17,019 nt of DNA from Ginkgo biloba (Eukaryota; Plantae; Ginkgophyta): assembly GCA_024626585.2 (NCBI GenBank), contig JANKJI020000002.1:176998193-177015211 (forward strand). Direction: 5' to 3'. Both the position numbers and the translations under genes were made by a program. The notes beneath the pieces are model-generated. The model was not told where the DNA came from. It ran no database searches and saw only the letters and a list, made by a program, of their open reading frames with translations. Each line of letters opens with the position of its first letter. Positions within the stretch are counted from its first letter, which is position 1. Of the stretch, positions 1 to 9,501 are shown piece by piece.

Positions 1-1288
1 AGACCACCTTTGGAATTTTTTCTAAGATTCCATTTTCATAATTTCTTCTCTCTTTTTGTTGGGAGCTTACAAAGTACTTCATGGTATCAATCCTCTGCCT
101 ATCAACTTCAGCAGTTGGCAAACAGTACAATTCATTCTGCTCACACACTGGATACTGCAAACAGTATCCAGGATGAAAAGTTTTTATCCACCCCCAATTT
201 CTTCTTCAGGGGGGTTAACGTAAGGCAGCCATCACATGGTGGCTTGGCATTAGATGTTCAAATAGTTTAAGAGTCAGTTGATAGGCATGCAAAGATGGTT
301 ACAAAGTAACCACCTAGACAATTAAAATCATGATGTATTTAAGGTAGAACATTGAAACAGGAAAAGTCAGAATAAAAGATTTCTTCTGTCCAGTCTATTT
401 TCTTCTTATGAGCCTGCCACAACTGTGACAATATATAAATAGAAAAAAACAACTACAAAAATTTTGAATGTTAAACCTATGGCTCATATAACCTGGATAA
501 AATAAATCCCTATGCCGTTTTTATTGTTTTTTGCTTTAATATTTTGAACCAAAGGAATTTTACCATTTGTTTGGTCCTAACGTTTTCCCCTTTTTATGAG
601 CTTGGCTACAATGCCTGTTAATAATAACCTCCAAGGAGGCATGAGTACAGGGATGGATTAAATGCTACATGCCAAAATGATTCACTTCAGATTTTATACA
701 GGCTGCCAAAAAGAAACTATAGAATTACCTTGATATAAGCTGACAGAAAAAAAAATCACGACTTAACTGATGAACACATAAAAGGAACAGGTAGAGAGCA
801 AGGGCTGGGTATAAAATATAGACAAATTAGCAGATATCTTAAAGCATGCAATGTATAATAGGTACAAATTCCCTACCCTGCAAGGTTGACATTCATAGTT
901 GAAAATCACATAAATTATAAGGATTGGAAGAAAAAACATAGAGAGGGAATTCTAAAAGGCTGCTACTGAGATCTAAAAAATTGAACAGCAGCATCCTTTA
1001 CTGCTCAGATTTATATATAAATCACACTGCGACTGCACTGACACAGTGCAAATGCTCTCATATCAATGTGTATGGCTATTGCCTGCCCTTTATGACTTGT
1101 GATCTTACAGTCGCCTTTATGTCAAGGACTGTTAACTATCACATGACCTGTTCTAGAAATTTGAACATCAGTAACATTAAATTTCAATCGATTGAGTTGC
1201 AACTGCAATCTGCTTTTGAATTAGTGGTTTTTACAGTATAGTTCCACTACTATTTCCAAGTTGCATTCCATGTCTAGGATTTTTGTAC

Positions 1289-1523
1289 TCAAATTACAAT
1301 ATAAGAACACATTTAGATAAAACAAGTTGATATGAATTGGGGATCATGAAAGTGGGCAACATCAAAATAATCAAATTACAATGCAAAATAAGTTTTTAGA
1401 TAAAACAAGTTGCGATAATGAATGCAGGCAAGAACGGAGTAATCAAATTATAATGCAAAACGATTTTGGATGAACCAAGTTAATATGAATTTGCAATAAT
1501 GAATGTGGGCAATAACAGAGTAA
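1289..1523. repeat. Intronic minisatellite, 3 diverged copies (82, 72 and 81 bp)
   Basis: Units start TCAAATTA(C/T)AAT at 1289, 1371 and 1443. They share GAT(A/G)AA(A/C)CAAGTT and ATGAA.G..GGCAA blocks; copy 2 has an internal deletion of about 10 bp. Confidence 0.85.
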
Positions 1524-1535
1524 AATTTACCCTAC

Positions 1536-1608
1536 CTTTAGAGGGTATCCCAAGCATATTACTGCAGAAACCTCTACATCTTCTCTTCCTGCTACCATGC
1601 AACTTACC
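1536..1608 (-). CDS. Hydrolase coding exon 4 (VSCMVAGREDVEVSAVICLGYPLK)
   Basis: Acceptor TTTTGTGGGAAG| at 1609/1608 and donor AAG|GTAGGG at 1536/1535; conserved CLGYPL motif. Confidence 0.9.
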
Positions 1609-3551
1609 CTTCCCACAAAAAGAATTAAATCATTAGCAATTGATGTCTTGAATGGAGATCTATCCACTCACACATCATTATACAAATGTAAACTCTACTA
1701 ATTCCTCCATCTCAGAAGTGTCTACCAATGATATTTATACCTCGCGCCCATGGATTTGCCCACCAACACTAGTGGGTGTCCAGGATGCTTGGCAACAGAT
1801 TGTTTTACTTCTTCAACATGGGCATCAACAAGTTTCTCTGCCTTAGGAGGCGCCCCACGTTTTCCTCCCGAAAAATCTGCACAATTTGCCTCTTTTAGCC
1901 CAGGCTATCCACCCACTACGCAATTTTCAATAAGAAGAATGGACAAAGGAACCATGCACCCTGGGCGATTGTTGACTCTAGCTTCCCACATTTAGGAACA
2001 GTCCACTATTAGCATCACACAAATATTGTGTGTGCACTTGATAATTTCATAGAGACTCTGCTCCTGACTACAGCTTGGTAAATGCAAACCACTAATCATG
2101 ACACCAAAATTCCAAAGCCCAGTTCAGCAAGATTGGTCAACAAACTCAAAAGCAGAGATGACAAACATTGCAAAATACAAGGCCCGATGATGAGAATGAA
2201 AGAACATAGTTGATTATGTAAGACCAAGCATTTTAACTAGTCCAAAGCACCACATGCAAAAAACTATAATCTGCACTTACAAGGATAATCGAAGGTAACA
2301 ACTTCCACAGCACCTGTTGCAGAGGCAAGCATTTTCTTCCATCTATTACACCAACAAGATTTGATATCACAACAGTGCACCTTAAGCAATTATGTATGCG
2401 TTAGCACAAACATGTCTTAAATGATGACCATTGAGTAGGCCTTTTTTGTATGGGTGAAGAGCCTCCATAGTCCTGATTCAGCCTGTCATTCCATTCAAAA
2501 TTAAAATACTACCATGTAATGACTTAAAAATTAAAAAATACTAATAAAAATTGCACGTTCAGATGTTTCCCACTCTTTTATGTGCCAAAATTTCACCTCG
2601 GCATCAAACACAACAGATTGATCTAGTTGGTGAGGGGCCGTACTTAATGAATTGTGATCTGTTCAATACCCATGGCATCTTCAATTCCAATTTTTCATAG
2701 TGAAAAAATACTTCATAACCCCTGATGCTAGGCTTAGATGGGGTCGGGAAACTTGGGCACCCCTCAACTTCCAAAGGCTGCCTTCCTGAGTTCCCATATT
2801 CCATGGGATGAAAATTTCATAACGGGTAAAAACTCCCACTATGGCGAACTTCACATCAGAGAGCATAAGTTTTATACGCAGGGCTCTGTTTAATAGGGTT
2901 TGAGAGCACTAAGAAAGGCAGAGGTTCAAATCCCTGCAGGCACACTCACAAAGTTCTCGTTTCATTGACCTAATTGAAAAATGAATATAATGGGGAGACC
3001 GTACACAGGTAACTTCGACAGAATAGACTCATTCGTCTGGAGATAAACCAACCTTGCATGCTTTCCATATAAACCAACTTCCACCAGAGTAAATGCACGT
3101 GTTATACCTAGCAGAGAGAACTACACCCAGAGAGTATACTCGATATCCAAACCCCAGATGCAGTTGGTAGGACAATAAGAAGAGAAGGACACAAGTTACT
3201 AATAGACTGGACAAATACTAACCAGCAAAGCAGACATTGAAAACAGGTAAAGCAAACAGCATGAATGAAGGAAAGACGTAGAAATCGAAAGAATTGTTAT
3301 AAAATGTTTCATTTTATTTTCCGAATTGCAAACCAAATTTCTTAGCTGTCGATCAAAAGAAGTGAAGAGAAGAGAGTTGTATGCAGTGCAAAAGATGTGT
3401 TGAAGAAGTACCTGATCATCCATTCGGAGGTGGAAGGAGCGCCAGCGCCATGAGCAAAGACCAGAAGAGGCTGCTGCCCAGGAGATGGTGCATTCACATT
3501 CAGAGTCTCATCGTTCCCACGACTCCGCTTGGAAGGGCGCGCGCTTTCCAT
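1536..3551 (-). CDS. Spliced alpha/beta-hydrolase of the KANSL3/TEX30-like (Abhydrolase_11-type) family; 5' part only, join(3551-3412, 2342-2281, 1876-1741, 1608-1536)
   Basis: Four exons of 140+62+136+73 = 411 nt, separated by GT..AG introns with compatible phases, join into 137 stop-free codons: MESARPSKRSRGNDETLNVNAPSPGQQPLLVFAHGAGAPSTSEWMIRWKKMLASATGAVEVVTFDYPYFSGGKRGAPPKAEKLVDAHVEEVKQSVAKHPGHPLVLVGKSMGARVSCMVAGREDVEVSAVICLGYPLK. It has the HGAG oxyanion motif, the G-x-S-x-G nucleophile elbow (GKSMG, Ser codon 1754-1752) and LGYPL. Family assigned by motif recognition, not by a search. Confidence 0.92.
1741..1876 (-). CDS. Hydrolase coding exon 3 (YFSGGKRGAPPKAEK...GKSMGAR), carries the predicted catalytic Ser
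   Basis: Acceptor TGTGCAG| at 1877/1876 and donor AG|GTATAA at 1741/1740; open frame with GKSMG. Confidence 0.93.
2281..2342 (-). CDS. Hydrolase coding exon 2 (WKKMLASATGAVEVVTFDYP)
   Basis: Acceptor TAATAG| at 2343/2342 and donor |GTAAGT at 2281/2280; phases fit both neighbours. Confidence 0.92.
2881..2945 (+). other. Possible tRNA-derived (SINE-head-like) remnant in intron 1
   Basis: Perfect Pol III B-box GGTTCAAATCC at 2923-2933 within a T-arm-like stem GCAG(A)GG-TTCAAAT-CCCTGC; weak A-box-like TGTTTAATAGG near 2887. No full cloverleaf, tail or target-site duplication. Confidence 0.3.
3412..3551 (-). CDS. Hydrolase coding exon 1 (MESARP...SEWMIR)
   Basis: ATG at 3551-3549 with an in-frame TGA 13 codons upstream; GC/CpG-rich; donor AG|GTACTT at 3412/3411 (phase 2). 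Confidence 0.9.
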
Positions 3552-3890
3552 TTCTAAAAATGCAGCATAGGATTTGGCTGACCCAGCTCACTCTCAAAGT
3601 TACTATACCATATGATGCAAGGCGGGATTATGTGGAAAGCCACATTGGCTTCTATAAGACGATTAGTTTCGATTGCCATGAAGATTATTACTTTTAATTC
3701 GTAGGGTTTTTTTCGTTTTTTTTAATAGAATTTATACTTAATATTTTTTCAAGGATTTTAATTTTTTTTATTTGTTATACATTACCCATTTATTACAATT
3801 TATTATTTTCCAAATTTTAGTTTTGAATTATGAAAAAAAAATCACTTTAAATTATGATTTGTTAGAATGTGGCATATGTTTGGTTCATCA
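3552..3890 (-). promoter_or_regulatory. Putative 5' UTR / proximal promoter of the hydrolase gene
   Basis: Lies directly upstream of the ATG; AGCCAAT (CCAAT-like) at 3650-3644 on the minus strand; very AT-rich tract from about 3690 to 3860. Transcription start unknown. Confidence 0.4.
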
Positions 3891-4834
3891 NNNNNNNNNN
3901 NNNNNNNNNNNNNNNNNNNNNNNNNNNNNNNNNNNNNNNNNNNNNNNNNNNNNNNNNNNNNNNNNNNNNNNNNNNNNNNNNNNNNNNNNNNNNNNNNNNN
4001 NNNNNNNNNNNNNNNNNNNNNNNNNNNNNNNNNNNNNNNNNNNNNNNNNNNNNNNNNNNNNNNNNNNNNNNNNNNNNNNNNNNNNNNNNNNNNNNNNNNN
4101 NNNNNNNNNNNNNNNNNNNNNNNNNNNNNNNNNNNNNNNNNNNNNNNNNNNNNNNNNNNNNNNNNNNNNNNNNNNNNNNNNNNNNNNNNNNNNNNNNNNN
4201 NNNNNNNNNNNNNNNNNNNNNNNNNNNNNNNNNNNNNNNNNNNNNNNNNNNNNNNNNNNNNNNNNNNNNNNNNNNNNNNNNNNNNNNNNNNNNNNNNNNN
4301 NNNNNNNNNNNNNNNNNNNNNNNNNNNNNNNNNNNNNNNNNNNNNNNNNNNNNNNNNNNNNNNNNNNNNNNNNNNNNNNNNNNNNNNNNNNNNNNNNNNN
4401 NNNNNNNNNNNNNNNNNNNNNNNNNNNNNNNNNNNNNNNNNNNNNNNNNNNNNNNNNNNNNNNNNNNNNNNNNNNNNNNNNNNNNNNNNNNNNNNNNNNN
4501 NNNNNNNNNNNNNNNNNNNNNNNNNNNNNNNNNNNNNNNNNNNNNNNNNNNNNNNNNNNNNNNNNNNNNNNNNNNNNNNNNNNNNNNNNNNNNNNNNNNN
4601 NNNNNNNNNNNNNNNNNNNNNNNNNNNNNNNNNNNNNNNNNNNNNNNNNNNNNNNNNNNNNNNNNNNNNNNNNNNNNNNNNNNNNNNNNNNNNNNNNNNN
4701 NNNNNNNNNNNNNNNNNNNNNNNNNNNNNNNNNNNNNNNNNNNNNNNNNNNNNNNNNNNNNNNNNNNNNNNNNNNNNNNNNNNNNNNNNNNNNNNNNNNN
4801 NNNNNNNNNNNNNNNNNNNNNNNNNNNNNNNNNN
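3891..4834. other. Unresolved sequence (944 N), the largest of 12 N-runs
   Basis: Read directly. Other runs: 6320-6359, 8143-8242, 9254-9353, 10477-10535, 10797-10822, 11051-11150, 11407-11465, 13120-13142, 14690-14736, 14969-15056, 15521-15620. Four are exactly 100 N, typical of unknown-size scaffold gaps. Confidence 0.98.
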
Positions 4835-5199
4835 GCACTACGGCATGGCCAGAAATGAAAGCAACAAAAACTTGCTTATTTTTATTAATCAGCTCCACAC
4901 TCTCCACACTATTGGGACAATTACAAAGAGATCACTTTGCTGATGTTCAACTTTTGTTGCTTATAAAACAAAATAAAAAGCAAAAGCTACGCCTAAAACC
5001 CAACAAATTATGAACCCTTTGCCAATGATCATTTTTGCCTTTATAGATTTCACTAAGAGGCATTAACTAACTGCTATCAACTAATTCTTGCTTTAGATTA
5101 CAGTTGCTTACCATCTTAACCTAGTTTTTGAGGACCTTATGATGGATAAATTGATTACTTAGGATGCAGTTACTTTCTCAACATCCTAGTAGGCCCCTT

Positions 5200-7680
5200 A
5201 GTGAAAGGGGGGTCTTTCTCTTGGTTTATTTTTTCTATAGAGTGGTGGGCAATATGTCAAGCTTGGGATGGACGGTTGGGTCTCGCCATCTTTGATTTAA
5301 TCTTCCTCAACTGTTTACTTCCCTAATTGGGTAAGTAAGCATGTTTCCACCTAAGATTTACTCATTTTTTATCGCATCATATTGCAATATCTTTTTAGGT
5401 CCGTGGAGTTTATTCTAATCCTTAATGTGTTCCTTCTTGGATGCCTTCCTCCTCCTTTAGTGAATAAGGGAGAGCATTTTCATCTAGGACGAGTGAGCAC
5501 CTAAGGCCTGCCTTTCGTCAACTCCTTCCTAAGTCCTTACCCCTTCCTGAATCGACTAAAAAATGTTACATTGGTCAAGATATGGGTATGGCCCACTGTC
5601 CTTTACTCGCTCCCCGGTGGCTTAGGGCATAGAAGGCTCTTATGAAAGGTGGAAATTTATAATTTTATATCACATGCTTCCATGGTCGACTAGTACTACA
5701 TGGTGCCTTCACTCTTGTCTACCCCTGGGCTAAGTTCACAAAGTTGTTGCTTTGTCATCCTCTTGTCAATTAGTTCCTAGCATGATTTCATTGTAGAAGC
5801 CCACTAATAGTTGCATTGTATAACTCCTTTGAGGAGGCTCTCTACATCGTGAAAGTGTTTCTTGGGTTGCCCGCACCTCCTTGGGTCCTTGTTCCTTCCT
5901 ATCACACAAGGGACATGAAATGTTATCAGGAGCAACCATCCTATTCACTTGTCTCTCCTTGGAGTAGGTGCCATGAATTCAACATATGGCACAATGGAGG
6001 CCTCCTTCATTGATGTCATTACCTGGCACTTGTGCATTGAGTTCATCCTAAGTGATGTGGTGGGTCCCTTCGGGAGTATATGCCCTCCTCGATGCTTTAT
6101 CCTTCCTAAATGCTCAAGGATACTAAAAGATAACTAAGAGCAGTCCTCCTGGGTGCCTATTCCTCCTTGGCCCTTCAGGCCCTCCTGATAGCACAAGGGA
6201 TATGCATATATACTAGGAGCCCTTCTTATCCCATTCTAGAGCATGTGCTTCAAATGCCTTTGAGGTGCGTTATAGGTCCCTCAAGGGATGTGAACCTCCT
6301 AAACACTTTAGTCTTCCTTNNNNNNNNNNNNNNNNNNNNNNNNNNNNNNNNNNNNNNNNCCCTCCCTTCTTATGCCATATTACATTATGCCATCAAGTCC
6401 GTGAAGTTCACTTATGCCTTTAAAGCCTTGCCTTCCTGGGTCCTTTTAGTCTCCTTGATCGCACCAAGAGAGTGAGAGGTTGCTAAGATCGTGCAGAACC
6501 TTGGTCCTTCATTTGCACATATGCACTTAGTATACCTTAGTCGCATCGTAGGGGGCCCTAATCATTGTACACCCTCTTGGATCCCTTTGCCTCCCTTGAT
6601 GCGCAAGAAAAGCAAAACACTACGTGGAGTAGTTTGCCCCTCCTTAGCACACGTGTTGTAATTCTTGGTTATTGACACTGCGATCCCCTTCAAGACCTTA
6701 GTCGACCCTAGATAACTTAGGGCCTCCTAATCACTACAGGGTTATAATCATCCATTAGGAATCACACCCATCACTCTTTGATGCACATGTTTTAAAGCTC
6801 ACCTTAGTAACATTGTGGGTCCCCCTCTAGGGTAAGCTCTTCTAAATCATTGACATTATCTCGATCTACCCTCGGGCCAATCCTCTTTTAGCCATTGAAT
6901 GGATTTCTTAGAGAGAGAGAATACCTTCCTAGGGCTTATAACTTCCTAATTATATCAGGACTGCTTTAAGCCATCAGGAGAAGCGTTTTAGGGTCGCACA
7001 TGCTTTGCATCCTTAGCTAGTGGCATTGTGGGCCTCTTAAGGGATGCACACTCTTTAGGTCCGTTTGAATCTTCTGATCTCACCAAGACAGTGAGGAGGA
7101 TCTATGAAAAAATAATCCAAATACTAGTGAACACCAAGAGAGAATACGTCTCTTGGGTGAGTGAAGATATGTTGTGAGGTCTAAGAACAAGGAATCCATT
7201 GCTTTTTAGGACCGCTTCTTGTAGCACAATGATATCCATATCTACTTAGGAATTATCCAGATCTGGCCCTTCTAGCAAGTACAAGTGAGCCATTCTACGA
7301 CTCGCACGACCCTCGAAGGACAAGTCAAAGATTGCTTAGGAAGTTACTAGAAGGCATCTAGACACTAGTGAACTTTCTATAAATGGACCACTTTAACAGA
7401 TGGAGGAAGATAAAGATGGCGAAGGTCATAACCAGGTAAAAGAGGATGAGATTAAACAGTGATCGATATTGGTGCTATAGCTCACACATTCCTCGCTTAG
7501 AGGCTTCCTCACATGGAAGAAAGGTTGCAAATTTTAGAAGGTTCCTGTTGCTGTGGGCGACATATTGAAGAAGAATACATGGTCTGCAAGGTAAAGTGAA
7601 TAGAGCCTTTTATGGAGACAATCTTAGCTACTTCCCTTCTTATCCATGATGAGTCCTTCGGATTTTGGGCAAGGGAATTC
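5200..7680. mobile_element. Decayed, probably transposon-derived segment of unknown family
   Basis: GC-richer than its flanks, with stop-riddled frames and internal degenerate repeats. No diagnostic TE domain recognised. Confidence 0.4.
5870..7100. repeat. Highly degenerate tandem array, period about 130-140 bp with some 77-87-bp units
   Basis: A recurrent motif resembling CCTCCTGGGTCC...CCTGATC.CAC.AAG starts near 5876, 6085, 6162, 6296, 6431, 6573, 6706, 6836, 6923 and 7051. Example: 6431 CCTTCCTGGGTCCTTTTAGTCTCCTTGATCGCACCAAGAGAGTGAG versus 7049 CACTCTTTAGGTCCGTTTGAATCTTCTGATCTCACCAAGACAGTGAG. Confidence 0.6.
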
Positions 7681-8112
7681 TATCGAGGTCCTTGATAAGA
7701 AATTCCACATGAATTCACTCTTTTTTGTATGCATGTGCAACAGTTGGCTTACTTTTAGATTTTAATGACTATAGTAGAATAAAAAAACCAATGACTATTA
7801 TTGATAGACACTAGCTTCTTGATTCCAAGAACAAGATTTTTTGAGGTAAGCACTTTCTAAGTTACTAAAGTTTGTGTTCACTGGAAAACCATTTCTTTTC
7901 TCACCCTTTTTATCATCTTATCCACAAGTTTGAGAATGTGATACAAGGCTTTTTCTTTCATGGAAAGGCACATGTCAAACCAAATGTTTGTTTAGTAATT
8001 CAGCATTAAGTACTCACACATTCTAGGAGAAAACATTTATTTATCCTTTCATTGCAAAGGTTTATTATTAGAAAATGGCTATAGTAGTATTGCAATAGAC
8101 AATCTATCAAGG

Positions 8113-8138
8113 ATATATATATATATATATATATATAT
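8113..8138. repeat. (AT)13 microsatellite
   Basis: Read directly; next to a 100-N gap. Confidence 0.95.
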
Positions 8139-9353
8139 GTAANNNNNNNNNNNNNNNNNNNNNNNNNNNNNNNNNNNNNNNNNNNNNNNNNNNNNNNNNN
8201 NNNNNNNNNNNNNNNNNNNNNNNNNNNNNNNNNNNNNNNNNNAAAAATCATGAGTGATCATGAAGAATGCAGGGATCTTCATTCTCCTTCTTTTGAGTGG
8301 GTTGTGTTGCTCCCCCCTCTATTGTGATCTATAACTGAGAAGAATGATGAGAGAGGGGTTGGATGGATTTGACTAAAAATAGGAACTTTGAAGCGGAATA
8401 CAAAAATAATTTCCTTTTTTTAGCCTACGAGCAATCTCTATGTTGCCTTTCATAAATATTTTCACTATATGTCTTATTTCATTGTGAGGATATGTGGGAT
8501 GTGACAACTTCTCACTTACATAGGAGGCATAATAGTCTCAAAACAGAGAGAGTATTTGAAGGAAGCCGATCTCTCATCCAATTATGCCCTCGGTTGGCTT
8601 AGACCCATGTTGTCTTCATCTCTAGGGTCTTCGAACTCTCTTTTACCTTTATGGTCTTCTTATGATATTTGTAACCTGCACACAGATTGCATTATTTGGG
8701 ATCACTTCAAATATAGAATACATTTGATGTAAATAATTTACGATGAATAAAATATTTTGTGATATGCCTTGTTGTGTACCAGCTTCTAAAGTGGTCATGT
8801 TGGTTGATTACTTATCACCACATCTGTCATGTTCTTCTTTGACTGTAAAAATATGCACTGTCAACAAGCTTCAAAAGCTCTTCAACTCAATTTGCATAAG
8901 GATCATGGCATATTGCCACATGCCATCTTTTTAAATGTATTCAATATGTTTAATATTGATATATATTTGATTTGACTAGTTTTTTTTAATAATTTAATTT
9001 GCACTTATTATCAAAAGATATTATATAGAGGGGGGTGGAAGGTTAAACATGCCCATTTAATAAAAAAAATAAAGTGCACATTATATTTTCTAACATCATT
9101 TTTTTAGTATATAGATATATTGAATATTATCATGTGCTCTCATTTTATGGCCCTCTATATGTAGTTTTTTATGCTTCATGTGCATAGGGAGCAATAGAAA
9201 GAAGATTCTAACATTTTAAAAGAGTAAGAGATTGAGTTAATTATAAGCATTGTNNNNNNNNNNNNNNNNNNNNNNNNNNNNNNNNNNNNNNNNNNNNNNN
9301 NNNNNNNNNNNNNNNNNNNNNNNNNNNNNNNNNNNNNNNNNNNNNNNNNNNNN

Positions 9354-9380
9354 GAGAGAGAGAGAGAGAGAGAGAGAGAG
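9354..9380. repeat. (GA)n microsatellite, truncated by a gap
   Basis: Read directly; abuts the 100-N gap at 9254-9353. Confidence 0.95.
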
Positions 9381-9462
9381 CATCTTGTACATTAATATGA
9401 GATTGTGCTCCACATTATGATTAATGCATTCAATATGTTATGTGTATTGAATATATGTGCAA

Positions 9463-9478
9463 TGTGTGTGTGTGTGTG
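9463..9478. repeat. (TG)8 microsatellite
   Basis: Read directly. Confidence 0.9.
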
Positions 9479-9501
9479 CATATGTGATCTCTATGTATGA
9501 A

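Noticed and set aside
1-1288. Search for hydrolase exon 5
   Set aside because: No segment with the expected downstream motifs and splice sites was recognised; treated as intron 4 continuing past the window edge.
1289-1523. CRISPR-like interpretation of the spaced repeats here or at 5870-7100
   Set aside because: Whole units are homologous and diverged, with no identical repeats plus unique spacers, no cas genes, and a eukaryotic spliced context.
1750-1995. Plus-strand 81-aa ORF, and similarly 3485-3697
   Set aside because: Antisense shadows of real minus-strand exons.
2881-2950. Functional tRNA gene
   Set aside because: No acceptor stem or anticodon arm can be formed, A-B spacing is short and there is no clear terminator.
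3772-5013. Long ORFs (329-413 aa) in the ORF track
   Set aside because: Artefacts of reading through the 944-N gap.
8560-8690. Minus-strand TGTGCAG|GT acceptor followed by a short frame, as a possible upstream exon
   Set aside because: Frames close quickly and no matching donor or recognisable protein was found; more likely repeat debris.
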